Shown here: positions 1 to 11,611 of the stretch, piece by piece
Position numbering within the stretch: position 1 is the first letter of the stretch
How the letters are laid out: each line of letters opens with the position of its first letter
Sequence record: SRR31156797_2200
DNA length: 64,000 bases
Reading direction: 5' to 3' (one strand)
Notes under the pieces: model-generated
The model's input: the letters and a program-made list of their open reading frames with translations, nothing else
What the model was told of the DNA's origin: nothing
Databases searched by the model: none
Translations under genes and position numbers: made by a program

Positions 1-9
1 GCCATTATT

Positions 10-154
10 AGAAGCCTCGTTCGAAAGAACAGGTTTTTTTGCGTCTGTAGTTTGGGTATTTGTGGATGTAGCTCTAATTGGCAGAGCAGCGGATTCCGCC
101 CATACCTCAAATCAGCGCGTGTGAGGTTTACTAAGAAGCCTCGCTCGAAAGAAC
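10..154 (+). repeat. Duplicated terminator-like unit AGAAGCCTCG(T/C)TCGAAAGAAC at 10-30 and 134-154
   Basis: 21-bp direct repeat with 1 mismatch. The first copy follows GCCA (probable 3' end of a tRNA upstream of the window). Confidence 0.8.
62..128 (+). pseudogene. Degenerate tRNA-Trp-like copy
   Basis: TGTAGCTCTAATTGGCAGAGCAGCGGATTCC resembles the gammaproteobacterial tRNA-Trp D-arm and anticodon stem. The anticodon loop has an ~11-nt insertion, and the T-arm and 3' acceptor strand are lost. Confidence 0.6.
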
Positions 155-682
155 GAGGGGTTCTTTAGGATCTAGCCTTATGACGACTCTTTCTTGACAC
201 CTACCCATGGCCCCTTGTAAATCACTATCTGAATCGCTTCATACAGCTTTCCATATTTCAATTACAATATCCGCTTGTCTTTCCTGGCTTAACCCCGTGG
301 TGAGCTGTACAGCGCCAAATATCGCCAATAACTGTCGTCGTTAAATCCATGGGTATTGTTAAATCGACAATAAATAGAGGGGTAATGCAACTCAAGCTAA
401 AAATAGGGGCACTCCCAGGCCTCAGCTAAGACATAAGAGCCAATTTAGATACGTGAGTTTAATGATGACGCAGTTGTGGATGTACTTTACCGTTATTGAT
501 GATTCTATATTTTCTCCTTAGCTTTTGTAATTATTAATAGTATTAGAAATTATTAATTAATTTAAATATATAAAAGAGATTTTTAAAAATATTCCCATCT
601 TGTTTTTATTTTTATCTCTATTTTAAATTGGATTAGTTAATAAAATAAACACTAATTAAAATTCAATGTTTATTTATAAAAA

Positions 683-698
683 TGGGACTTTGTTCACG
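683..698 (+). promoter_or_regulatory. Putative CRP site
   Basis: TGGGA-N6-TCACG vs consensus TGTGA-N6-TCACA, upstream of a sugar PTS operon. Confidence 0.5.
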
Positions 699-703
699 CG
701 TAA

Positions 704-717
704 CGCAACCGGTTGCG
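704..717. promoter_or_regulatory. LacI-family operator
   Basis: Perfect palindrome CGCAACCGGTTGCG with central CG; LacI-family gene at 5051. Confidence 0.65.
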
Positions 718-784
718 CTTTTTTGTTCTGGTTATTTTTGCTACAGTGACTTCAGGTTAAAGATTGAACACATGGAGCAAGATT

Positions 785-1090
785 ATGAAAAAGATTCTTT
801 TGTGCTGTAGTGCTGGAATGTCTACCAGTATGTTAGTAAAAAAAATGGAGCAGGCCGCTGTCGAGCAGGGGATTGAATGTAAAATTGACGCTTTATCAGT
901 GAGTTCTTTTGAAAGAGCGATAGGAGAGTACGACGTTTGCTTGTTGGGCCCTCAGGTTCGTTTCCAGTTAGAAGAGATGAAAAAAGTGACTGACGAGATT
1001 GGTATTAACATCGCCGCGATACCTCCTCAGACTTACGGAATGATGAAAGGAGATGAAGTTTTAAAACAAGCCTTATCATTAATTAAGTAA
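785..1090 (+). CDS. PTS lactose/cellobiose-family IIB
   Basis: MKKILLCCSAGMSTS motif; ATG at 785 preceded by GGAG. Confidence 0.93.
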   Translation: MKKILLCCSAGMSTSMLVKKMEQAAVEQGIECKIDALSVSSFERAIGEYDVCLLGPQVRFQLEEMKKVTDEIGINIAAIPPQTYGMMKGDEVLKQALSLIK

Positions 1091-1180
1091 TTTAAAAACT
1101 CTAAGAAAATAATGCTTAACCCTGCCATTTTAATAATGGTGGGGCGGGGTTTTGCATACTTAAAATAAAGGATTAACACC

Positions 1181-2512
1181 ATGAAAATATATGATGTAAT
1201 AATTGCAGGCGTCGAAAAATATGTAGCTCCATTGGCTGCTAAAGTCGGTAGTCAACGTCATGTTCGGGCAATGCGTGACGGATTTATTGTTGCTATGCCA
1301 TTTATTATTATTGGTAGTTTTGTACTGATTTTAGCTTTTCCTCCTTTTGATCAAGATACGAAGAATAGTTTCGCTCGAGGCTGGTTAGATTTTGCTGCCA
1401 CGAACTTCGATATGATTATGATGCCCCACTTTATGTCGATGGCTATTATGGGGCTTTTTGTCTCGATGGGCGTAGCCTATAGTTTGGCAAATTCCTACCA
1501 CATGGATGGCATCACCAGTGCGGCACTGTCTCTGATGACTTTTCTTCTTGTTGCTTCTCCTGCAGAAGATGGTGCCTTATCGATGGCATACATAGGAGGT
1601 ACTGGGGTATTTACCGCTGTGTTGTCTGGCTTTTTTTCGGTTGAGCTATATCGCTTGATGAAAAAGTACAACATTACGATAAAAATGCCTGAGCAAGTAC
1701 CGCCTGCTATCCAACGTTCGTTTGAAGTACTCCTGCCGGTTGTCGCAATCTTTGTGACCATCTACCCAGTCAGCGTATGGCTTCAAGCGACTCATGGCTT
1801 GCTTATTCCTGAAGCTATTTTAGAAGCGTTTAAACCTCTCGTCAGTGCATCCAATACATTACCCGCGATCCTCGGCGCTATTTTACTTTGCCAACTGCTT
1901 TGGTTTGCGGGCATACATGGTGGCGCAATTGTTGTGGGTCTAGTGACACCGATCTTCCTGACCAATGTGACAGCCAATATCGAAGCGTTTATGGCTGGGG
2001 AACCCGTTACTAATATCTTTACGCAAGCATTCTGGGATTACTACATCTTGATTGGTGGTTCTGGTGCCACTTTAGGCCTAGTTGCACTTATGGCATTTAG
2101 TCGTTCTGCGCATCTAAAAAGCCTAGGTCGCATGAGTGCTATTCCAGGCATGTTCCAAATTAACGAGCCCGTTATCTTTGGCGGTCCAATCGTAATGAAC
2201 CCAACACTTTTCTTGCCATTTGTTCTTGTGCCAATGATTAACGCTGTTGTTGCTTACGTTGCGGTTCATTCGGGATTTGTTGGTATGAGCATCGCGACAT
2301 TGCCATGGACGACACCGGCGATTATTGGTGCTTCATGGGGAGCAGGATGGACGTTCATGCCTGTTGTTATGGTGGTTCTGTTGTTCATCATGGACATCTT
2401 GCTCTACTACCCATTCTTCAAAATGTACGAACGCGAATTGTTAGCTCAAGAGCAACCACAAGAAGAATCACAGATAGAAACAAGCGCAAGCGGTGTTAGC
2501 GCTACTGCCTAA
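1181..2512 (+). CDS. PTS lactose/cellobiose-family IIC
   Basis: Polytopic membrane protein with WFAGIHG, GGSGATL and FQINEP motifs. Confidence 0.93.
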   Translation: MKIYDVIIAGVEKYVAPLAAKVGSQRHVRAMRDGFIVAMPFIIIGSFVLILAFPPFDQDTKNSFARGWLDFAATNFDMIMMPHFMSMAIMGLFVSMGVAYSLANSYHMDGITSAALSLMTFLLVASPAEDGALSMAYIGGTGVFTAVLSGFFSVELYRLMKKYNITIKMPEQVPPAIQRSFEVLLPVVAIFVTIYPVSVWLQATHGLLIPEAILEAFKPLVSASNTLPAILGAILLCQLLWFAGIHGGAIVVGLVTPIFLTNVTANIEAFMAGEPVTNIFTQAFWDYYILIGGSGATLGLVALMAFSRSAHLKSLGRMSAIPGMFQINEPVIFGGPIVMNPTLFLPFVLVPMINAVVAYVAVHSGFVGMSIATLPWTTPAIIGASWGAGWTFMPVVMVVLLFIMDILLYYPFFKMYERELLAQEQPQEESQIETSASGVSATA

Positions 2513-2568
2513 ACCTTAGACTCGGCTGCCGTGTAGGCAGCCAATAATTGACAGTTTTGGAGAGATGT

Positions 2569-2877
2569 ATGGATCAAGAAATGACGGTTATGGAGATCAT
2601 TTGCAATGCAGGTGAGGCAAGAAGCCTGTGTTTTGAATCGTTAGCGTTTTCGCGTAAGCAAGAGTTTTCAAGTGCAGAAAGTAAGTTGGTACAGGCTAAA
2701 GAATGCTTGAACAAGGCACACCTAATGCAGACTCAACTCATCGAAGCAGATCAGGGCGAAGGAAAAATCCCGATGACTCTAGTGATGGTTCACGCTCAGG
2801 ACCACCTAATGACAACTATTTTGGCTCATGAATTGGCGACAGAAATGGTCGCTCTACATAAACAACTTGCGGGGTAA
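2569..2877 (+). CDS. PTS lactose/cellobiose-family IIA
   Basis: AGEARS, AHLMQT and VHAQDHLM motifs; likely ATG at 2569. Confidence 0.93.
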   Translation: MDQEMTVMEIICNAGEARSLCFESLAFSRKQEFSSAESKLVQAKECLNKAHLMQTQLIEADQGEGKIPMTLVMVHAQDHLMTTILAHELATEMVALHKQLAG

Positions 2878-2883
2878 CGACGA

Positions 2884-4206
2884 ATGTCCAGAGATAGCTT
2901 AAAGCTTGCCATTATTGGTGGCGGTAGCAGTTACACGCCGGAGCTTGTGGAAGGTGTACTCAAAAGGTTGGCATCGCTTCCGGTAAAACAGATCCACTTC
3001 GTTGATATTGAAGAGGGGAAAGAAAAATTAGACATTATTTGCGGGTTGGCGAAACGTATGATCGCAAAAGTCGGAGCGGATATTGAGGTAACCGCAGACT
3101 TTGATCGCCGAGCGGCCATCAAAGGGGCAGATTTTGTTATGACTCAGTTTCGTGTTGGCGGTCTTGCCGCGAGGGCGAGCGATGAAAAAATCCCCTTAAA
3201 ATATGATGTCATTGGTCAAGAAACGACGGGCCCTGGTGGGTTTGCAAAAGCACTAAGAACCATTCCTGTGATACTGGATATTTGCCGTGATATTGAAGAG
3301 CTTTCCCCGAATGCTTGGATGCTCAATTTCACCAATCCGGCAGGGCTAGTGAGTGAAGCAGTCAACAAATACACCAAGGTAAAAAACATTGGTTTATGTA
3401 ATGTTCCTGTCTCTATGCAAATGATGATTGCTGAGATGATGAACTGCCAGCCCAATGAAGTTCAACTTGAGTTTGCTGGGTTAAATCATCTAGTTTGGGT
3501 TCATAAAGCTTGGCTCAATGGTGAGGACATCACTCATACTGTGCTTGAGAAAGTCGGGGATGGTGCCAACTTCAGCATGAAAAATATTTGGGAAGAACCT
3601 TGGGACCCAAGCTTCTTGAAAGCGTTGAATGCGATTCCATGCCCTTACCATAGATACTTCTACCAAACTGATGCGATGTTAGCGGAAGAAAAATTAAGTG
3701 CGGCAGAGAAGGGAACGCGCGCAGAGCAAGTGATGCAGACCGAAGCAGAGTTGTTTGAGCTGTATCAGCAGCCAAGCTTAGATCATAAGCCTTCGCAGTT
3801 GGAAGAGCGTGGTGGTGCTTACTACTCTGATGCTTCGCTCAATTTAGTGGACGCGATCTACAATAACCGAAACTCACTGCACGTTGTGAATGTGCCTAAT
3901 AATGGCGCAATTAATGGGTTACCTGATGATGCCGTGATTGAATGTACGGCCGTGGTGGGTGCTTGGGGGGCTAAGCCTCTCGCTGTTGGGGAATTGTCGC
4001 CAAATGTGAAAGGGTTGCTCCATCAAGTCAAAGCTTACGAGCAGCTGACCATTGAAGCCGCAGTGCATGGTAGTTATGAACAGGGCTTAATGGCATTAGC
4101 AAACAACCCGTTGGTCCCAGATATTGGTCGAGCAAAATCCATACTTGATGAGATTTTAAAGCAAAACCACCACTATCTACCGCAATTTACCTTAACGCAC
4201 TTATAA
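2884..4206 (+). CDS. 6-phospho-beta-glucosidase, GH4 (ChbF/CelF-like)
   Basis: IIGGGSSYTPE, GQETTGPGG, NFTNP, GLCNVP and GLNH motifs. Confidence 0.92.
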   Translation: MSRDSLKLAIIGGGSSYTPELVEGVLKRLASLPVKQIHFVDIEEGKEKLDIICGLAKRMIAKVGADIEVTADFDRRAAIKGADFVMTQFRVGGLAARASDEKIPLKYDVIGQETTGPGGFAKALRTIPVILDICRDIEELSPNAWMLNFTNPAGLVSEAVNKYTKVKNIGLCNVPVSMQMMIAEMMNCQPNEVQLEFAGLNHLVWVHKAWLNGEDITHTVLEKVGDGANFSMKNIWEEPWDPSFLKALNAIPCPYHRYFYQTDAMLAEEKLSAAEKGTRAEQVMQTEAELFELYQQPSLDHKPSQLEERGGAYYSDASLNLVDAIYNNRNSLHVVNVPNNGAINGLPDDAVIECTAVVGAWGAKPLAVGELSPNVKGLLHQVKAYEQLTIEAAVHGSYEQGLMALANNPLVPDIGRAKSILDEILKQNHHYLPQFTLTHL

Positions 4207-4221
4207 GGAGAGACCAAAGCG

Positions 4222-4953
4222 ATGAAAGTGATTTTCAATGCAGATGATTTCGGCTTAACACAAGGGGTCAATGAGGGAATTGTGCGCTCCCATGTAGAGG
4301 GTGTCGTTCATTCCACAACACTACTCGTTGGCTCACCGGAAGAGCAACACGCCGTCGCTTTGGCCAAGAGCCTCCCTACGTTAAAAGTGGGCGTCCATTT
4401 GCGTTTTACTATGGGCGCTCCTTTAACTCGTTCAGCAAACTTGTGTGATGAAAACGGAGAGTTTTATAAGTATTCACAGTTCTGGCTACAAAAAGGCTTT
4501 TGTTCTCAAGCTATCTATGAGGAATGCATTGAACAAGTCGAAGCGTTTGTTAAGACAGGGTTGCCACTCAGTCATATTGATAGCCACCATCATGCGCATA
4601 CCCATCCCGATTTTTTGCCCGTCGTTACGGAGGTAGCAGCAAAATATCGAGTACCGCTTAGAGGACAGAAGGTACCAGGTGTCAATTACTGCTTTACGGA
4701 CCAGTTTTATGATCAAGGTGTCGACTTGATGGGCATAGTGGATCATCTGCTAGAACTGGGGAACAACTATGAGGTAGTTGAAGTTATGTGTCACCCCGCC
4801 ATCCTTGATAGTGCGCTTTGCCAGAACAGTGGCTATTCAGAACAACGAAAGAAAGAGCTCAACGTGCTGACCGATGACAAACTTGCCGCCTTGCTAGCAA
4901 GGCACTCAATCGAAGTCACGGATTACACGGCTTTATCTATCCAGTATTCCTAA
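4222..4953 (+). CDS. ChbG/YdjC-family carbohydrate deacetylase
   Basis: NADDFG, HIDSHHH and EVMCHP motifs. Confidence 0.9.
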   Translation: MKVIFNADDFGLTQGVNEGIVRSHVEGVVHSTTLLVGSPEEQHAVALAKSLPTLKVGVHLRFTMGAPLTRSANLCDENGEFYKYSQFWLQKGFCSQAIYEECIEQVEAFVKTGLPLSHIDSHHHAHTHPDFLPVVTEVAAKYRVPLRGQKVPGVNYCFTDQFYDQGVDLMGIVDHLLELGNNYEVVEVMCHPAILDSALCQNSGYSEQRKKELNVLTDDKLAALLARHSIEVTDYTALSIQYS

Positions 4954-4973
4954 CCGAGTGTAGGATGTTTTAT

Positions 4974-5020
4974 GGCTGCCAGAATACCCCCTAAAGTTAT
5001 GTCCTTATATTCTGGCAGCC
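4974..5020 (+). terminator. Intergenic hairpin, possible terminator
   Basis: 13-bp arms GGCTGCCAGAATA / TATTCTGGCAGCC. Confidence 0.45.
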
Positions 5021-5050
5021 TCTTTATATCGTAATGAAGTACAGGATGTT

Positions 5051-6049
5051 ATGGCTAGAATAAAAGATGTTGCTGAGCTGGCGGGTGTCAATCGTTCAAC
5101 GGTTTCTCGAATTATTAATGGTGAGGGCAAGTTTAAAGAAGAGACAAAGCGAAAAGTAGAAGAGGCGATGGCAGCGCTAAACTACCGTCCTAGTGCTATC
5201 GCGCGCTCGTTGGCTACATCTTCCACTAATATGGTTGGCTTGCTCGTGACTTACTACACCGGTGGTTTTTTCGGTGCAATGATGGATCAAGTACAGAGTG
5301 AACTCGATCTGCATAAAAAATTCCTGATTACGGCGCAAGGGCATCACTCTGCTAATGGGGAGATGGAGGCGATACAACGTTTTAACGACCTTCGCTGCGA
5401 AGGCTATGTGCTGAATAGTCGCTACTTATCCGATCAAGAGCTAATGACTTTATCAGAATCGCCGACACCATTTGTGCTATTAGATCGCTACGTCCCAGGG
5501 TTAGAGAAGCGCTGCATTACTTTTGATCACCGTAAAGCGAGTTTCATTGCGGTTAAGCACCTGCTTGATATCGGCCATACCAAAGTGGCATGCATTGCTG
5601 GACCTTCCCACAGAGACAATAGCGTGCTTCGTAAACAAGGCTATTTAGATGCAATGAGGGAAGCTGGAGTTTCTGTGTCAGAGGCTTGGTGTGCGGAAGG
5701 AGACTACGGGCGCCAAAGTGGATACCTTGCCGCAAAGACCATTCTTCAAGCCGCGCCGCAAGTGACGGCGATTTATTCTTGCAGTGAAGAAATGACCGTC
5801 GGTGTTTTGCAGTATTTACATGAAGTGGGCATCAAGGTGCCTGATCAAATATCAATTGTCAGCTTTGACAGTGTCGATCGTTGCGCGGAGCTCTATCCGA
5901 CAGTGACCGCAGTCCACTTTCCAATCAGCGACATGGCTCGCGCTGCCGCTTTACAGCTCAATCATCTTATTCTCAAGCATGAGGCAATGCCACCGGAACC
6001 ATTTGAGCCGAAGTTAATTCTGCGTAACTCACATCAAAGGATGGAGTAA
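5051..6049 (+). CDS. LacI-family transcriptional regulator
   Basis: IKDVAELAGVNRSTVSR HTH, YRPSAIARSL hinge, periplasmic-binding-protein-like core. Confidence 0.93.
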   Translation: MARIKDVAELAGVNRSTVSRIINGEGKFKEETKRKVEEAMAALNYRPSAIARSLATSSTNMVGLLVTYYTGGFFGAMMDQVQSELDLHKKFLITAQGHHSANGEMEAIQRFNDLRCEGYVLNSRYLSDQELMTLSESPTPFVLLDRYVPGLEKRCITFDHRKASFIAVKHLLDIGHTKVACIAGPSHRDNSVLRKQGYLDAMREAGVSVSEAWCAEGDYGRQSGYLAAKTILQAAPQVTAIYSCSEEMTVGVLQYLHEVGIKVPDQISIVSFDSVDRCAELYPTVTAVHFPISDMARAAALQLNHLILKHEAMPPEPFEPKLILRNSHQRME

Positions 6050-6222
6050 TCAATACATGTTTTTTTAGTTTGAAGTTTAATCGTTAACACGCAGAACAAT
6101 ATAGAATAATAGTTTGTATTATGACCTAACGCTGTTGTGAAATAAGGTTGATGAATCCGTTGCTTTTTAGATATGAATTTCGGTGATATTATCGCCCCAA
6201 TTGAATTAAACAGTACGAAATA

Positions 6223-7362
6223 GTGATAAATTCAGCGACCGATCTCATTAATTTGGCTAATGTACTCAACAACATCATCTGCAGTGTCGTTGGATGTCTA
6301 TTTCTATTTCAGATTCGCTCAGGGCTTTCTGGTTATCAACGCCGTTCAGCAACTTATTTCTTTCTATTCTTTTTCTTGTTCGGTTTTGCTTTTGCTTCTA
6401 TGGCAATACGTAGCTGGCTACCATTAGGTTACTCCGTTTTTTTAAATAACCTACTCTACATGTCTGTTGCTTACTTGCTCTTGTTTGGTTCAATCAGTTG
6501 GTATCAGAGAAACGTAAAGCCTTTGCTATGGAACATCGCGGTTGCGCATGTGTTGCTCTATACCACAGTTCAGTACCTGATTTATTTATTCTGGCCAGAG
6601 AGTTTAGAACTGAGAGTTCAGTTGGCTTTTGTTAACTACACGGTTGTCTATTTAGCTACTTTTCTCGTTTGTTATGAGAATAGGGCTTCCAATGGAAGAG
6701 GCGAAAAGATGCTCGCTATTTCACCTCTGATTTGTATCCTAGCTGCGAGCTTTCCTACCATTGCTCTGTCTATTAGTGCTAAGCCTGAGTACTACCGCGT
6801 CGCTGTTGTTATTACCCAGAATATCGTTTGTTTCTTCTTATTGGGCTCGCTTCTTTCTCTGTTTCTGTTTAACAAAATAGATTGGCATTACCAGCGTTCA
6901 ATTCGGGATGAACTCACGGGGCTCTACAATAGGCGTTATATCAACGAAAAAATTTCACAGCTTTTGAAGAAAACCAATGGCGTGATTGTGGTGATAGATA
7001 TCGATCACTTTAAAAAGGTGAATGACCTATATGGTCATGACGTTGGCGATAATACGCTAATCGCGGTTTCTAATATCCTCTCTTCCTTTATTGGTTCTCA
7101 GGACCTTATTGGAAGATACGGTGGTGAAGAATTTGTGATTTTCCTTTCTCAGAGAGACTCTAATAGCGTTAAATCTCTCTTAGAGTCTATGAGGCAAAGT
7201 GTTGAAATAAAAGCGGCCTCTACGCTTCCTAGCCCAGTAACCGTGAGTATTGGCTACAGTGTTGTTGGTGATAGTGATACGTTGGACAGTTCATTTAGTA
7301 AAGCGGATTCAGCACTGTATATGGCTAAACGAAATGGCAGAAACTGCATCGTAGAAAAATAA
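6223..7362 (+). CDS. Membrane-anchored diguanylate cyclase (GGDEF)
   Basis: Multi-TM N-terminus; DELTGLYNRR, DIDHFKKVND and RYGGEEF motifs. Confidence 0.9.
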   Translation: MINSATDLINLANVLNNIICSVVGCLFLFQIRSGLSGYQRRSATYFFLFFFLFGFAFASMAIRSWLPLGYSVFLNNLLYMSVAYLLLFGSISWYQRNVKPLLWNIAVAHVLLYTTVQYLIYLFWPESLELRVQLAFVNYTVVYLATFLVCYENRASNGRGEKMLAISPLICILAASFPTIALSISAKPEYYRVAVVITQNIVCFFLLGSLLSLFLFNKIDWHYQRSIRDELTGLYNRRYINEKISQLLKKTNGVIVVIDIDHFKKVNDLYGHDVGDNTLIAVSNILSSFIGSQDLIGRYGGEEFVIFLSQRDSNSVKSLLESMRQSVEIKAASTLPSPVTVSIGYSVVGDSDTLDSSFSKADSALYMAKRNGRNCIVEK

Positions 7363-7469
7363 GTACTTAAAAAATTCAAACTTATCGCTTTATCTTGGCT
7401 CTTCTGTTTACATTATGTTGAGAATACGTTTTATTAACTACTTAACATATTGTTTTTCATGAGGCAGAA

Positions 7470-8846
7470 ATGGAACTCACTCGTCGTCGCTTCCTATCTA
7501 TCGGTTCAGCTTTGGGCTTTTCTACACTCTTACCTGCGTGCTCTCTCCTTCGGACGAATGAAAGCAGTTATGTCTATGAGCTCACCGCCGAACCATCGAG
7601 TACAGAATTGGTTTCTGGCTTTCAAACTTCTGTTCTAGGCTTTAACGGCTCTATTCCTGCTCCGACTATACGCTGTCGGCAGGGGGAAAAAGTAACGATC
7701 ATCTTTACCAACAAACTGGATGAACCGACCACAATTCATTGGCATGGGTTACGTATTCCTATTGGTATGGATGGGGTTCCATTCTTAAGTCAGAAGCCGA
7801 TTATGCCGGGTGAAACATTTGTTTATGAGTTCACGCCACCGGATGCTGGTACGTTTTGGTATCACCCACATATGAACAGTGTTAAACAACTTGGCATGGG
7901 GTTGGTTGGTTTAATTATTGTTGAAGAAGCGGCCCCTGTTGAGTTTGATGAAGAACATGAGTTAGCTCTCAAGCATTGGCACCTTGATAAGAGTGGTCAA
8001 TGGAAAGACCTGATGATCCCTCGTTATAGTGCTCGTATGGGGACGCCTGGTGAGTGGGGAACGGTCAATGGTGCTCATAACCCAGCATATAACGTAAAGG
8101 AAAACGCGACTGTTAGGTTGAGAATCGCTAATGTCGACAATACCATCACGTACCCTATTGCTATTGAAGGTGTAGATGCGTGGATTGTCGCTATTGATGG
8201 TAATCCGATAAAAACACCTTACAAACTCACACGGCATAAGATCGGACCTGGGATGAGGGTAGATCTGGCCTTTATTGCTCCGCAATCTGGAAATACTGTC
8301 TACGTACGTCAAATGAAAGGTAAGTTCCCATTTCCTTTATGCGAGTTTAAATGTGTACAATCTTCGCTAGAGCAGAATCGTGCGATCCCTTCATTACCAC
8401 TAAATCCGATCCCTAAAGTAGATTTAGATAACGCAGAGTTGATAGATTTTGTCTTTGAGTGGGAAGGTGCAGTCACCCCTACGGATGGCAAAGGCAAAAC
8501 GGTTCCAAAGTTTTGGTTAATGAACAAGCGTGCTTGGGAGGGAATGAGCTCTGACAATATCCCAGAGCCGCTAGCGAAATTGGAATTGGGTAAGACTTAT
8601 ATTTTTAATTTAAAGAATGTGACTCAGTATCATCATCCGATCCATTTGCACGGTCATACATTTACCGTTTTAGAATTGGATGGTAAACCGGTTGAGACCC
8701 CATTTCATACCGATACGGTTTTACTCGGTAAAAACGGCTCCGCTAAAGCGGCATTTGTTGCAGATAACCCTGGCCGTTGGATGTACCACTGTCATGTGAT
8801 CGAACATATGAAAACTGGGCTTATGGGCTATGTCGAAGTTGTTTAA
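7470..8846 (+). CDS. Multicopper oxidase, Tat-exported, probable lipoprotein
   Basis: RRRFL Tat motif, LPAC lipobox, and HWHG, WYHPH, HPIHLHGH and HCHVIEH copper ligands. Confidence 0.92.
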   Translation: MELTRRRFLSIGSALGFSTLLPACSLLRTNESSYVYELTAEPSSTELVSGFQTSVLGFNGSIPAPTIRCRQGEKVTIIFTNKLDEPTTIHWHGLRIPIGMDGVPFLSQKPIMPGETFVYEFTPPDAGTFWYHPHMNSVKQLGMGLVGLIIVEEAAPVEFDEEHELALKHWHLDKSGQWKDLMIPRYSARMGTPGEWGTVNGAHNPAYNVKENATVRLRIANVDNTITYPIAIEGVDAWIVAIDGNPIKTPYKLTRHKIGPGMRVDLAFIAPQSGNTVYVRQMKGKFPFPLCEFKCVQSSLEQNRAIPSLPLNPIPKVDLDNAELIDFVFEWEGAVTPTDGKGKTVPKFWLMNKRAWEGMSSDNIPEPLAKLELGKTYIFNLKNVTQYHHPIHLHGHTFTVLELDGKPVETPFHTDTVLLGKNGSAKAAFVADNPGRWMYHCHVIEHMKTGLMGYVEVV

Positions 8847-8985
8847 AAGTGACTCCTGTAACTTTTTAAATGTTTGAAACTTTGGTAATACTAAGTGTCT
8901 ACTTTGAGAACTATATTTTCACTGTTTTTGTCTCTTTTGTACGCCATAAACCAGTACAATAGCTGAATTAATCATTGGAGGTTTT

Positions 8986-9369
8986 ATGGGGCAATTATCT
9001 ATTTTGGGTTTGATCGCGATCGGTGGTGCGGTTGGGGCATGTTCCAGATATCTAGTCTCAGAAATGTGCGTCACTCTTTTTGGTCGTTCTTTCCCGTATG
9101 GAACATTGACAGTCAACATTGTGGGTTCTTTCGCAATGGGGGTACTGATTGCTGCTGTCGAAAATGAATGGCTAGCTCCGTATCCATGGCGACAAATTAT
9201 TGGGCTCGGTTTCCTCGGAGCACTCACCACTTTCTCAACTTTTTCGATGGATAACGTTTTATTGATGCAGCAAGGTGCATTTGTAAAACTGGGTTTTAAC
9301 GTGCTACTAAACGTATTGCTGAGTATTTCTGCGGCTTGGTTAGCTTACCAGTGGTTAATTAGAGCCTAA
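8986..9369 (+). CDS. crcB: Fluoride channel CrcB/FluC
   Basis: GGAVGACSRY, PYGTLTVN and GFLGALTTFSTF motifs. Confidence 0.93.
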   Translation: MGQLSILGLIAIGGAVGACSRYLVSEMCVTLFGRSFPYGTLTVNIVGSFAMGVLIAAVENEWLAPYPWRQIIGLGFLGALTTFSTFSMDNVLLMQQGAFVKLGFNVLLNVLLSISAAWLAYQWLIRA

Positions 9370-9435
9370 GCCAGTTCTGGTTAAAAACACTACTTTAACA
9401 CTTGGTTAACTTGGTTCCTTTCTCTATAATCGATT

Positions 9436-9521
9436 CACTTGTCGGAGTGCCATAAGGCTGAGACCGTTTATTCGGGATCCGTTGAACCTGATCTGGTTAA
9501 TACCAGCGAAGGGAACAAGAG
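9436..9521 (+). ncRNA. TPP riboswitch
   Basis: CGGAGTGCC..GGCTGAGA..GAACCTGATCTGGTTAATACCAGCGAAGGGA; TATAAT at 9425-9430; directly upstream of thiC. Confidence 0.95.
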
Positions 9522-9565
9522 AAGACTCTCTTTCTAGATCTGTTGGCTTATCGCCCTACATCTAA

Positions 9566-11608
<2,043 letters not shown>

Positions 11609-11611
11609 CTT

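Noticed and set aside
170-520. Possible decayed minus-strand gene
   Set aside because: There is an SD-like GGAG but no ATG, the frames are interrupted, and no family is recognisable.
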